DNA of 64,000 bases from an uncultured Candidatus Saccharibacteria bacterium (GTDB lineage Bacteria > Patescibacteriota > Minisyncoccia > Phycocordibacterales > PALSA-1337), in NCBI GenBank assembly GCA_964450345.1, contig CAYVEL010000001.1, forward strand, positions 16,671 to 80,670, written 5' to 3'. Shown one piece after another: positions 49,023-59,442 of this stretch. Under the pieces are notes generated by a model, which made no database searches, was not told the DNA's origin, and saw nothing but the letters and a program-made list of their open reading frames with translations. A program made the position numbers and the translations under genes. How positions within the stretch are numbered: position 1 is the first letter of the stretch; each line of letters starts with the position of its first letter.

Positions 49023-50966
49023 TTAGAAATCTATAAATATTGCTTTTACTCCTGTTGGTTCTTCTACCTCTTCTTTTTCTAACAATGCTCCGTCTAGATC
49101 TCCTATAAATTCTGACGGATCATTATATCTTTCAGATCCAAAGATAGTTCTAATTCTTGAGAAAAGCAAGAATACTTTTTTCTTTGCTCTCGTTATCGCT
49201 ACATAGAAGAGTCTACGTTCTTCTTCTGATTCTGCTTCACTCGTAGCATCGTCGCCTGTTCTATTATATGGGAATAAATCTTTTTCTAGTCCGGTTATGA
49301 ATACATAATCAAACTCTAGACCCTTAGAAGCATGAACGGTCATAATCTTTACAGCGTTTGAGGTCTCTTCCATTTCATCTTGATCTGTAGCTAGTGCAGC
49401 ATCTTCTATTAATTTCTCTATTCCGAATGGTGGCTTAATAGCATCGTACTTGCTGGCTAGGCTGGCTAACTCCCATACGTTTTCCAGAGCTTCTAAATCA
49501 TCCATCTTGCCCTGTCTTAAGAATGTTTCCATTCCAGATTCTCTAATAGCACTGGCTACTGCTTCGGAAGCTTTCTTTTCGTAAATAGAAGTTTTTATTC
49601 TTCTTAATATTTCGAAAAATTCATGAACTTTAATTTTTGCTGAATCGTTTAGATCGTTTTGGTTTCCTGCTATTAGTTTTGCGAGTGTTACCTTACCTAT
49701 TCCTCTTGTTGGGACGTTTATGATTCTGGTTATGTCAGATGTACTACTTTCATTCATTGATGCACGCAAGTAAGAGAGAATGTCCTTAACCTCTTTTCGT
49801 TCGAAGAATCTCGTGCCTAGAACTTGATACGGAACACTTTTTCTAATTAAAGATTCTTCTAGTAATCTTGACTGAAAATTTGCTCGATAAAGTATGGCGA
49901 TGTTTTTTGGTTCTACCCCCTTCTCGATCAAGTCATTTATTTTGTCTGCAACACTTCTCGCTTCATCTTTATCAGTAAGATTTTCTATCAAAGATATTTT
50001 TTCTCCGACAGTGTTTTGAGTGAATAATCTTTTTTCTTTTCTTAGTAAATTTTTAGAGATTATTTTATTTGCTGCCTCAAGAATATTTTTTGTTGAACGA
50101 TAGTTTTCTTCTAGTAAAACTACTTTTGCATCAGGATAATCTTTTTCGAAATCTAGTATATTTTGAAGGTTAGCTCCTCTCCAACTGTAAATAGTTTGGT
50201 CTGCATCACCTACAACACATATGTTTCTATTTTTTTGAGCTAATGCTCTAGCGATCTCATATTGGGTTTTATTGGTATCTTGGTACTCGTCTATGTGTAT
50301 GTACTTCCATATATTAGAGTAGTACTCTTTGACATTACTATTGTATTTAAGTAGAGAGGCTGTCTTTAGAAGTAAGTCGTCAAAATCTAAGCTGTTGTCT
50401 CTTTTTAAGATCTTTTCATATTCTGGCCAGACCTTTTTAGCTACTTGTCCTATTAAGTCTTTTCCGTCTGGATTATAGCCTGTCCATTCAAGCATCTCTC
50501 CTTTTGCACGGCTGATTGTATTCAGAATTGCGTTTGGTTCTATTTCTTTAACATTAGCGCCCACTATTTCCATGGCTTCTTTTACAGCTCTCTTTGAGTC
50601 TGCTCTATCAAATATTGAGTAATTTCTATTAAGACCTATTAATTGGGCGTTTTCTCTTAATATGTGCACTCCTAATGAGTGAAAAGTAGCCATAAAAGGC
50701 ATGCTTTGGTTAGAAACTGGGAAATTTAAACGTTTCTCGTTCTTAATTAATGAGGTTATTCTCTCCCTCATTTCTTTTGCTGACTTATTTGTGAATGTGA
50801 TAGCTAAAATAGACTCAGGATTAGCCCCTTTTAGGATTATTTCTAGTATTCTGTGTGAAATTGTCTTGGTTTTTCCAGCTCCTGCACCTGCTACGATTAA
50901 AAGTGGTCCGTCTATTGTAGAAACGGCTTCTTTCTGTCTTTCGTTTAGTGAATCTGTGTGTATCAT
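49023..50966 (-). CDS. pcrA: UvrD/PcrA-family ATP-dependent DNA helicase
   Basis: LNERQKEAV, Walker A AGAGAGKT, DEYQDTN, helicase motifs through C-terminus. Confidence 0.9.
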   Translation of the reverse strand: MIHTDSLNERQKEAVSTIDGPLLIVAGAGAGKTKTISHRILEIILKGANPESILAITFTNKSAKEMRERITSLIKNEKRLNFPVSNQSMPFMATFHSLGVHILRENAQLIGLNRNYSIFDRADSKRAVKEAMEIVGANVKEIEPNAILNTISRAKGEMLEWTGYNPDGKDLIGQVAKKVWPEYEKILKRDNSLDFDDLLLKTASLLKYNSNVKEYYSNIWKYIHIDEYQDTNKTQYEIARALAQKNRNICVVGDADQTIYSWRGANLQNILDFEKDYPDAKVVLLEENYRSTKNILEAANKIISKNLLRKEKRLFTQNTVGEKISLIENLTDKDEARSVADKINDLIEKGVEPKNIAILYRANFQSRLLEESLIRKSVPYQVLGTRFFERKEVKDILSYLRASMNESSTSDITRIINVPTRGIGKVTLAKLIAGNQNDLNDSAKIKVHEFFEILRRIKTSIYEKKASEAVASAIRESGMETFLRQGKMDDLEALENVWELASLASKYDAIKPPFGIEKLIEDAALATDQDEMEETSNAVKIMTVHASKGLEFDYVFITGLEKDLFPYNRTGDDATSEAESEEERRLFYVAITRAKKKVFLLFSRIRTIFGSERYNDPSEFIGDLDGALLEKEEVEEPTGVKAIFIDF

Positions 50967-51292
50967 TCGATAATTATAGCATTTTATAACTGTGGATTAC
51001 GTGTGGACTAGGGCTTAGATTTATAAAGTTTTTTGAGATGTTGGTTTTGATTTATTTTGCAATAAAGCACAAAACCTGACAAGGTTTGTGTTTGACAAAA
51101 AGTTTTAATTGTTGTTATCAACAGGATGTTAAGAATGCTTATTGACTTATCTGGTATACCGTATATCCTAAGAATATGTTCGCTAGGTCTTGCGAATGTG
51201 AATGGCTCAACTAGGCCCTAAAATATATAAAAAACAACAGAAAGACTAATTCCAGTGTTCTATTTCTGCACCCCGAAACGATTGACCAATTT

Positions 51293-52384
51293 ATGAAATT
51301 ATATTCTAATTCTACAGTAAAAAATAATAAAATTATTAGAGGTTTTCTGTCCCTTGTAGTTTTATCTGCTGTCTCTATTCCTACCACCGCTTCTGCTTCG
51401 GTGTTTTCTATTTTTGGTGATGTTTTTACTAATAAATCAGTAGGTGCTGCACAGATGTCATTAAATTCTCAGAACATACAGTTATTAGAGGCACCAATAA
51501 ACGCAGATCCTCTAGTTTTAACTAAGGAGGCTGATATTGTTATGACTAATTCGTCAGTACTAGATTCTGAAGCGGGTCCATCGGGTTCTAGTGCGGATGT
51601 GTTAGAGGCTAAGAGTATAAATGGACAGATTTCAGTATATACCGTTAAGAAAGGCGATAATATATCTAGTATTGCTAAATTATATGGTGTTTCAGTTAAT
51701 ACTATTCTTTGGGCAAATAACTTATCTAAGGGCGTTGCCTTAAAAGAGGGACAAGATCTAATTATCTTGCCTATTTCTGGTATAAACCATGTTGTTAAGA
51801 ACGGAGAGACTCTTTCTGGAATCGTTAAGAAGTATGGTGCTGATATGGATGAAGTTTTAGCTTATAACGATTTAACCGTTAATTCTGTTTTAAAGTTGGG
51901 AGATGAGATTTTGATGCCAGACGTTGATATCGCAGAGCCTACTGCCGTAGCTTCTAAAACAAATTCTTCAACAGCTGGTACATCTAGATATCTTGGTGGA
52001 AGTGGTCCTTATTATCCTGGATATTATGCAATGCCTATATACGGTGCTCATAAGACACAAGATACTCATGGATGGAATGGTATAGATTTCGGTGCTCCAA
52101 TAGGAACTTATATCTATGCTGCTGCTGATGGTGTTGTGACTGTTAGTACAATGAATGGAGGATGGAATAAGGGTTATGGTAACTATGTGGTTATTAATCA
52201 TCCAAATGGAACTCAGACTCTGTATGGTCATGCTACAGCTGTATTCGTAAAGTATGGTGACTCAGTGAAAAAGGGTCAGGTTATCGCATCGGTCGGTTCT
52301 ACTGGTAAGTCTACTGGTCCTCACCTACACTTTGAAGTTAGAGGAGCTGCAAACCCATTTAGTAAGAAGTATTTAGGATACTAA
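51293..52384 (+). CDS. LysM-LysM-M23 peptidoglycan endopeptidase
   Basis: two LysM (YTVKKGDNISSIAKLYGVSVNTILWAN; HVVKNGETLSGIVKKYGADMDEVLAYN) + M23 HxxxD..HLHFEV. Confidence 0.9.
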   Translation: MKLYSNSTVKNNKIIRGFLSLVVLSAVSIPTTASASVFSIFGDVFTNKSVGAAQMSLNSQNIQLLEAPINADPLVLTKEADIVMTNSSVLDSEAGPSGSSADVLEAKSINGQISVYTVKKGDNISSIAKLYGVSVNTILWANNLSKGVALKEGQDLIILPISGINHVVKNGETLSGIVKKYGADMDEVLAYNDLTVNSVLKLGDEILMPDVDIAEPTAVASKTNSSTAGTSRYLGGSGPYYPGYYAMPIYGAHKTQDTHGWNGIDFGAPIGTYIYAAADGVVTVSTMNGGWNKGYGNYVVINHPNGTQTLYGHATAVFVKYGDSVKKGQVIASVGSTGKSTGPHLHFEVRGAANPFSKKYLGY

Positions 52385-53847
52385 TTAAATTTATTTATAT
52401 TTTTACGATATTGTAACGCCTCTAGAATATGAGGTGTTTTTATTTCAATACTATTTTCTAGAGCTGCTATTGTTTTAGATACTGAAATTATATTTTTAAT
52501 CTCTCGTGTAGACATATTAAAAATTTGGCTAGCATCTAGTATTATTTTTTTAGAATTTTCGTTTAATGATATTTCTTTTCTTAGTCTTATTCTAGCTGAA
52601 TATATTTTATGTTTGATATCGTCTGTTGAGATTTCATTAGATGATTTACACTGTATGATTTTTTCATTATTAATATCATTCATTTCTACCCAAATAGATA
52701 TTCTATTTGATATCGGTCCAGATATTTTGTTCTTATATTCATTCAATGTTTTACTATCACATGTACATGTTCTATCTCTTGAACCGTAAAATCCACACTT
52801 ACAAGGATTCATTCCTGCAATTAATATGAAATCAGAAGGATATTTAAAGTTAAAGCTGGATCTATTAATCTCTATATATTTATCTTCCATCGGTTGTCTC
52901 AATGACTCTATAGATCTAGACTCAAACTCTAAAAATTCATCAAGAAATAAAATACCATTATGAGCTAAAGTTATAGCACCAATATTGTTTGCCCCTCCTA
53001 TTATCGAAGCGTATGAAGCAGAATGGTGCGGGGATATAAAAGGGATTTTTATTTTCTCGTCTTCTAGATTATTGATAGAGTTTATCTTCAGTATTTCTAG
53101 GCTTTCTTGATAGTTTGGTTCAGGTAGTAATTCTATAGATGATCTTGCTAACGTAGTCTTACCACTTCCCGATCTTCCCCATAAGGCCATATGATGTTTG
53201 CCTGTTAAAGATATAATTAAAGCTCTTTTTGCGAATTCATTTCCGATAATCTTTGAAAACATTTTTTCAGAATCAGGATCTTTATTTTTAACTATTTCAG
53301 TTAATTGTTCCGATGTTTTTAATATGTTTGTATTTAAGTATTCAACACACTCATTTAAAGAGCTTACTGGTATTATTTCTATATCTATATTTTTATAAAT
53401 CGTACTGTAGTTAGCTTTAGGGATTATTATCTTTTTGTAGTGTGATTCTTTTGCTTTTAAAACTGCTAAGAATACCCCTTTTGTTTTTATTAGCTCGCCA
53501 TTTAAATTAAGTTCACCTATAAATATAGCATCTTCGATATTTGTTTTAATAATATTCTTTGTAGCTAGATATGCTATCGCTATGGGCAAATCAAACAAAG
53601 ATCCTTCTTTTTTAATTGAAGCGGGTGATAATGATACTGTGATTTTATTATTAAATTGTTTTGGTGGTCCATACCCAGAATTTTTAATAGCAGAAGATAC
53701 TCGGTCTTTGGCTTCTTTAATGGATCTATCTGTCATGCCAACTATATTAAAAGAGTGAAAACCTTTTGAGATATCTATTTCTATTTTGATTAGCTCACCT
53801 AAATTGTTTAAGTTTGGTTGGATGCTTGCTACTTTAAAATAATTCAT
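52381..53847 (-). CDS. comM: YifB/ComM Mg-chelatase-like AAA+ ATPase
   Basis: N-terminal Lon-like domain SLFDLPIAIAYL, Walker A GRSGSGKTT, C-terminal domain; 488 aa. Confidence 0.85.
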   Translation of the reverse strand: MNYFKVASIQPNLNNLGELIKIEIDISKGFHSFNIVGMTDRSIKEAKDRVSSAIKNSGYGPPKQFNNKITVSLSPASIKKEGSLFDLPIAIAYLATKNIIKTNIEDAIFIGELNLNGELIKTKGVFLAVLKAKESHYKKIIIPKANYSTIYKNIDIEIIPVSSLNECVEYLNTNILKTSEQLTEIVKNKDPDSEKMFSKIIGNEFAKRALIISLTGKHHMALWGRSGSGKTTLARSSIELLPEPNYQESLEILKINSINNLEDEKIKIPFISPHHSASYASIIGGANNIGAITLAHNGILFLDEFLEFESRSIESLRQPMEDKYIEINRSSFNFKYPSDFILIAGMNPCKCGFYGSRDRTCTCDSKTLNEYKNKISGPISNRISIWVEMNDINNEKIIQCKSSNEISTDDIKHKIYSARIRLRKEISLNENSKKIILDASQIFNMSTREIKNIISVSKTIAALENSIEIKTPHILEALQYRKNINKFN

Positions 53848-53904
53848 TAGAAAATTATATTTCTTTATGGTTAAAGAAATATAGGAGAATTATAAAATCT
53901 AAAT

Positions 53905-53936
53905 AAAATAAAACCCCTTTAAGGGGTTTTATTTTA
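53905..53936. terminator. hairpin AAAACCCCTTTAAGGGGTTTTATTTT
   Basis: seen in sequence. Confidence 0.7.
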
Positions 53937-54311
53937 TTAAATTACTTTAGTGCTTACGCTATCTTTTTTACACAATTTAGCTGCTGGGTTCGCTATTAGT
54001 TTAGCTTCCTCTATTTTTCCTCCGCAAGCTTCACAAATACCGTAGGTTCCCTTATCTATTTTTAGTAGTGCACTCTTTACTTCGTTAAATTGAGTTTCTA
54101 ATTGCTTCAAGATACCACTATTACCTTCAAAATGCTCTATCTTATCTGCTAATTCATTGTCGTCGGCAGAATCAATATCCATATTCTCAGGAACTGGTTC
54201 CCAGTCAGATGGATTGTCGGGGTTAATTCTACCCACAGTTTTGAGTTCCTCTTCGAGGTTCTTTAACTCATCCTGTAACAGTTTTTTGAACTGTTCATTG
54301 CTCTTTTTCAT
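53937..54311 (-). CDS. DksA/TraR C4-type zinc-finger protein
   Basis: coiled-coil N-terminus and C-terminal CEACGGKIEEAKLIANPAAKLC zinc finger. Confidence 0.65.
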   Translation of the reverse strand: MKKSNEQFKKLLQDELKNLEEELKTVGRINPDNPSDWEPVPENMDIDSADDNELADKIEHFEGNSGILKQLETQFNEVKSALLKIDKGTYGICEACGGKIEEAKLIANPAAKLCKKDSVSTKVI

Positions 54312-54335
54312 GGGGCTATGCTATCACATTTTACA

Positions 54336-55667
54336 CTATCTTACAATCTTCCTTTTGTTGTATGAATTTACCACTGCTCTAAGGGTTTCTTCGTTTGTTG
54401 TGATGACTAAATTATCCTGATCTATAAAGCTATAAAGAATAATAGTGTCTTCCTCAGACGGTCCTTTTTTTAGTGCTCTTACATCCTTATTTTCTATCAA
54501 TTCATCTGTGAAATTTTTGAGACTGTATTCGCCTGTGTTTGATGAGCTTAGAATTCCACTTTCAGATACGAATAAAGGTGTAAATTCCATTCTCATATCA
54601 TTTTCGAAGCGAAGCATAGCGGCTAATGCACCTTGGAAAAAAGATACTTTAGATATTATGAATGGACTGTTTTTGACTCCATTACTATAAACTCCTAGCA
54701 TGAAGTCGCCTTTTAATGATGAATATAGTTGCTCGGGGATTTTAATATCAGACATCTCTAAAAAAGTCTGTATTGATATATCTGAACCACCATCTCTCAT
54801 TGAGCTGTCTTTTCTAAAGTAAATATTTCTAATTTTATCTTTTGCTAAAGTTGCTCCTATAGCAGAGATTAGTTTAGTGGTCTCTATTTTATCAGATATA
54901 CCTACGATAAATTTTTTGTTTTCATCAGCGGGTATTATTGTAGAAACATTTTCTACTGGTTCAATTTTTTTAGCTGGTTCATTATTAGCTAATGTACTTA
55001 TAGAATATAGATAGTATCCCCCATATCCACCGCCTGCCAGGAATAATAGGATGAATAATCCCATTAATAAATTTTTCCAAGGAAAAGAGAAGTTTTTAGG
55101 TATCTCTTCACTGTTTACTATTGTCTGATCATAGACTGCTTGCTCTAGTATTTGGTTTTGTGTTGGAATCTGGCTATTAAGTTCCTGTTCTCTTCTGTAT
55201 GTGCTACCATCTAGATTATTTTGGATCATTCTACCAATACCTATTTTATTTGGTTCGGTGTTTTGGGCTTCTGTTGCATTAATTTTGACTTGATTTTCTG
55301 ATATGTTTAATTTCGACTCAAAATTTTCTACACTAGAATTATTAAGATTACTAAATGGTTTGGCATCAGGAATTAAGCTACTTTTTATTACAGGTTCTAT
55401 CTTTGGACTTGGTTTATATTCCGATCTTGGTTGAAGTGGTCTTTGAATAGGTTTAGTAAAACCTTGGTTTCTTGGTGTATTTGATATTGATTGAGTTCCA
55501 GAATGAGCTTCGCTTTCAGCAATTGCAATCTTAATTTTAGACATGTTCTTAGATTGCATGGCGTCTCGCATGTCTTCTTCTAGTGTTCTTATAGGTCTAA
55601 TCTTAGGATCCTGTGGATTAGGAGTTATTGGGTTTGTGTTTGGGTTTTGTGGATTATTGGTATCCAT
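54336..55667 (-). CDS. hypothetical bitopic protein (Pro/Asn/Gln-rich cytoplasmic N-terminus, one TM, extracytoplasmic C-domain)
   Basis: TM LLMGLFILLFLAGGGYGGYYLY; no family assigned. Confidence 0.45.
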   Translation of the reverse strand: MDTNNPQNPNTNPITPNPQDPKIRPIRTLEEDMRDAMQSKNMSKIKIAIAESEAHSGTQSISNTPRNQGFTKPIQRPLQPRSEYKPSPKIEPVIKSSLIPDAKPFSNLNNSSVENFESKLNISENQVKINATEAQNTEPNKIGIGRMIQNNLDGSTYRREQELNSQIPTQNQILEQAVYDQTIVNSEEIPKNFSFPWKNLLMGLFILLFLAGGGYGGYYLYSISTLANNEPAKKIEPVENVSTIIPADENKKFIVGISDKIETTKLISAIGATLAKDKIRNIYFRKDSSMRDGGSDISIQTFLEMSDIKIPEQLYSSLKGDFMLGVYSNGVKNSPFIISKVSFFQGALAAMLRFENDMRMEFTPLFVSESGILSSSNTGEYSLKNFTDELIENKDVRALKKGPSEEDTIILYSFIDQDNLVITTNEETLRAVVNSYNKRKIVR

Positions 55668-55675
55668 TTATTTTT

Positions 55676-57889
55676 TTATAACTTAGGTGTGTTTTGAAGA
55701 TTGTTTTCACTTACTGCTGGCTGTGTTGGGGTTGGTGTACTCTGAGTTGGTCCTGTTACAGTTGCTACTGTTTTTGAAATTATTGGTTTAATAAAATCTT
55801 TATCGGCTTGCTTAATAGATAGACTATATCTTCCTCTCTCGTCCTTCTCCTTTATTATAACAGGAATTTTCTGTCCTACCTGTAAATATTTAGAAACAAC
55901 ATCTACTCTGAATGGTGCTATTTCTGAAATATGGACTAGACCTTCGGTGTCATAACCTATTTTAACGAATGCACCGAATTCCATAATCTTTGTAACTACT
56001 CCTTCGAATCTCTCTCCCGCCTTGTATTCTCTGGTCATTCCGTTAATTATTGTGTAAGCTTTTTCTGCTGTACCATTTTTACCTGTAATAAATACTGTTC
56101 CGTCATCGTTTATATCAATAGCCTCTACCCCTGTTTCCTCTTTGATTCCTTTAATCATTTTTCCTCCAGGACCGATAACTAGGCCAATCATATCCTGTTT
56201 GATTTTTAGAGTTAGAATCTTTGGAGCAAATACAGAAATATCTTTTCTTGCTTCTGGAATTGCTTTCTCTATTACGTCTAGAATTTGGAATCTTGCAGAT
56301 TTAGCTTTTTCAAAAGCTTCTCCTAGTATTGATACTGGAATTCCGTCTACTTTAACGTCCATCTGAATAGCTGTTACTCCTTCTCTTGTTCCTGCAACTT
56401 TGAAATCCATATCACCGTAATGATCTTCTGGACCCTGAATATCTGTTAGAACTTTATATTCTTTATCATTTCTAATCATTACTCCAGATGAAATTCCAGC
56501 TACAGGTCTCTTAATAGGAACACCTGCATCTAATAGAGCTAGTGTCGATCCACACACTGAACCCATTGAAGTAGAACCGTTTGATGAAACAGCTTCAGAT
56601 ACTACTCTTATTGTATAAGGGAATATTTCCTTTGCTGGAATCATTGGTGTTAAAGCCTTCTCAGCTAGAGCACCGTGACCAATTGATCTTCTACTTGGGT
56701 TTCCTGTTTTACCCGTCTCTCCTGTTGAGAATGGAGGGAAATTATACTGGTGTATATAGCGCTTTCCATCACCATTTTCTGTACCCTCTGTTACTTGAGC
56801 ATCTCCTGGAGCTCCTAGTGTTAGGATGGACATAATGTGAGTCTGGCCTCTATAGAATATTCCACTACCGTGTAGAAGTGATGATATACCACCTGCTTGT
56901 GCATACAATGGTCTAATTTCATCGAGCCTTCTACCATCAGCTCTTTTACCATTATCGATTGCTTGATCGTGAATGAATTGATTCACTTCTTCTTCAAAAA
57001 GTTCATCAGCTCTGATCTCGCTCTCTTCTGGAAGTTTTTCTGTTACTAGATTTGACCAAATTCTTCTAAGTTCTTCTATGCTATCTCCCCCAGGGATATT
57101 ACTTAATATGTATTTTTCAAACTGATTTTTAATTTCTGAAGTGAAAAGATTTTTAAGAGCATCACTTATTATTGGCTGAGGTATTGAGATTTTTGCTTTT
57201 CCAATTTCTTTAATTACTTGTTTTTGGAATGCTTGGATTTTTTCTATTTCACTAGAAGCGAATTCCATAGCAGAAATAATATCTGATTCTTTAGCTTCAT
57301 TACCACCAAGCTCAATCATGTTTATTTTTCCATCCTTACCACAGGCTACTAGTTCAAAATCAATGTCAGCAGATTCTCTAATTTCTTTTAGAGGATTTAC
57401 TATTAGTTCGTTCGAACCTTTCTTCTTTAGAATTCTAACAGCGGTTACTGGACCGTTCCAAGGAATATGAGATGTTCCTATAGCTAAAGATGCTCCTAGT
57501 ACACCCATGATATCAGGTGCCTCACTGTTTACTGCTACTGTGGATACTATTACCTGTATTTCATTTCTTATCCAATTATCAAATAATGGACGAATAGTTC
57601 TGTCGATTATTCTTCCAGAAAGTACAGCTTCTTCAGAAGGTTTACCTTCTCTTCTAGTGTATCTATTTCCTAGAATCTGACCTGAAGCATAGAATTTTTC
57701 TTCAAATTCAACAGTAAGAGGTAGAAAATCAGTCCCTTCTTTTGCTGATTGAGACATTACAGCGGTAGCTAAGATAACGCTTTCGCCATACTTCACCATT
57801 ACTGAACCATGAGCATTCCCTGCTAAATCACTAAAAACAGCGGTAAGCTCTTTGCCTCCGATAATTGTTTTAAATTCTTTCTTATTCAT
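55676..57889 (-). CDS. pnp: polyribonucleotide nucleotidyltransferase (PNPase)
   Basis: two RNase PH-like domains, KH (GPGGKMIKGIKEETG) and S1 domains; 737 aa. Confidence 0.95.
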   Translation of the reverse strand: MNKKEFKTIIGGKELTAVFSDLAGNAHGSVMVKYGESVILATAVMSQSAKEGTDFLPLTVEFEEKFYASGQILGNRYTRREGKPSEEAVLSGRIIDRTIRPLFDNWIRNEIQVIVSTVAVNSEAPDIMGVLGASLAIGTSHIPWNGPVTAVRILKKKGSNELIVNPLKEIRESADIDFELVACGKDGKINMIELGGNEAKESDIISAMEFASSEIEKIQAFQKQVIKEIGKAKISIPQPIISDALKNLFTSEIKNQFEKYILSNIPGGDSIEELRRIWSNLVTEKLPEESEIRADELFEEEVNQFIHDQAIDNGKRADGRRLDEIRPLYAQAGGISSLLHGSGIFYRGQTHIMSILTLGAPGDAQVTEGTENGDGKRYIHQYNFPPFSTGETGKTGNPSRRSIGHGALAEKALTPMIPAKEIFPYTIRVVSEAVSSNGSTSMGSVCGSTLALLDAGVPIKRPVAGISSGVMIRNDKEYKVLTDIQGPEDHYGDMDFKVAGTREGVTAIQMDVKVDGIPVSILGEAFEKAKSARFQILDVIEKAIPEARKDISVFAPKILTLKIKQDMIGLVIGPGGKMIKGIKEETGVEAIDINDDGTVFITGKNGTAEKAYTIINGMTREYKAGERFEGVVTKIMEFGAFVKIGYDTEGLVHISEIAPFRVDVVSKYLQVGQKIPVIIKEKDERGRYSLSIKQADKDFIKPIISKTVATVTGPTQSTPTPTQPAVSENNLQNTPKL

Positions 57890-58065
57890 TTTTTATTAGT
57901 CCTCCAAATGTTAGGTTTCAAAAGTATTTGGTACTATCGCAATAGCTTTTTGAGGCTTTTGTGATATTCCCTTCTATCACTTTTAAAAACTACATATTTG
58001 GAGGATGGTTAATTATTAACTTCTTGATTTTAACAGAAAAGTTAAATTAATTAAAGCTTTTTAAA

Positions 58066-58118
58066 TGGGAAATAAAAAGCGAAAATCGGCCAGTTTTAAG
58101 GGCCGATTTTCGCTTATC
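58066..58118 (-). terminator. hairpin GCGAAAATCGGCC...GGCCGATTTTCGC + T-run (minus orientation) between NYN gene and pnp
   Basis: seen in sequence. Confidence 0.6.
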
Positions 58119-58166
58119 TGATAATTAGACTTATCAGGATCTGTAAACTAAATTAAATTGTTGATT

Positions 58167-58778
58167 TTACTTATCCTTTCTATCTTTCTTATCTGTATTA
58201 TTTTGTATATTTGGTCTCTTTCTATTGTTCTTATTGATCGGGTTAAAGTTTCTGTTCTGAATATAAGGTTTCTGGCCAATTAGATAACGATCTGTATCAA
58301 GGTCTAAATCAAAGAATTCATCACAAGATTCTATTAATTTACTTGAAGTAGACTTACCAAATGAAACTACTTCTACCTGACATCCACTGTGCATCTGTAA
58401 GTATTCTACTAGTGGAACGAAGTCTCCGTCTCCTGTTAATAGAATTATTGTATCTAGTTTTGGAGCCATTTTAATAGCGTCTACTGCTAGACCGACATCC
58501 CAGTCTGCTTTTTTTGATCCTCCAGAAAATATCTGAAGATCTTTTGTCTTTGTTTCAATACCTACTTTTGCTAAAGCATCGAAAAAGTTCTGTTCCTCAC
58601 CACTTTCTGTTGAGATTACGTAAGCAATTGCACGTACTAATGCACGTTCTGCTACCGCATCTTTAACTATATCTCCGAAATTTACCTTTGAATTATAAAG
58701 GTTTCTAGCCGTATGATATAGATTTTGTGTATCGATGAAGACACCGACACGCTGTTCTTTATGTTTAATTATAGACAT
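58167..58778 (-). CDS. NYN-domain (LabA-like) predicted RNase
   Basis: VGVFIDTQNLY...DVGLAVDAIKMA...LLTGDGDFVPLV NYN/PIN-like acidic residues. Confidence 0.75.
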   Translation of the reverse strand: MSIIKHKEQRVGVFIDTQNLYHTARNLYNSKVNFGDIVKDAVAERALVRAIAYVISTESGEEQNFFDALAKVGIETKTKDLQIFSGGSKKADWDVGLAVDAIKMAPKLDTIILLTGDGDFVPLVEYLQMHSGCQVEVVSFGKSTSSKLIESCDEFFDLDLDTDRYLIGQKPYIQNRNFNPINKNNRKRPNIQNNTDKKDRKDK

Positions 58779-58989
58779 ATAAATATTAGATTAAAATTTA
58801 TGTAAAAATTCTGAAAACTCGCACTTCGCACATTGTTTATAAAAACCACGCTTATGAATAAAAATTCATTAAATTCTTTTTGACAAAGATAATTAAAATT
58901 TAAAAAATAAACTTAACTTAGAATTTAACTAATTTAGAGTTTTAAAAAATGTAACTCTATAACTAATTTAAATTATACTACTAATCCTC

Positions 58990-59022
58990 TCTAAAACAGA
59001 ACCGCCTAGTGGCGGTTCGTGT
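58990..59022 (-). terminator. hairpin GAACCGCCTAGTGGCGGTTC just downstream of rpsO (possible attenuator/processing site)
   Basis: seen in sequence. Confidence 0.5.
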
Positions 59023-59027
59023 AAAGA

Positions 59028-59306
59028 TTACTTTTTCTTAAGTTCAAGCTTCTTTGTGATAGCTTGGTATCTTTTTGGAGAATTTTTAAGTAAATAGTTA
59101 AGATGTGACTGTCTGTCTGCTACTAAACCTAGAAGACCTCTTCTTGAGTGGTTATCTGCAGCATGTTTCTTAAGATGACGAGTCAATTCCTCGATTCTTT
59201 CGGTGATTATAGCGATCTGAATCTCAGAAGATCCGGTATCTTTATCGTGAATACCGACGTTCTTTATGATCTTTGTTTTCTTTGTCTTTGAAAGCATGAT
59301 TGGCAC
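59028..59306 (-). CDS. rpsO: 30S ribosomal protein S15
   Basis: DTGSSEIQIAIITERIEELTRHLKKHAADNHSRRGLLGLV. Confidence 0.9.
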   Translation of the reverse strand: MPIMLSKTKKTKIIKNVGIHDKDTGSSEIQIAIITERIEELTRHLKKHAADNHSRRGLLGLVADRQSHLNYLLKNSPKRYQAITKKLELKKK

Positions 59307-59442
59307 ATAATAGCATAAAACGGTTTAACATGCAAGTAGCTTATCTATTCAGAGAGTATGGCTTATTAAATACATGATTAGATACACATTAAGCGACATA
59401 TATGACTCTTTCAAAACAGATTAAAAAGTATATACTTAAGTC

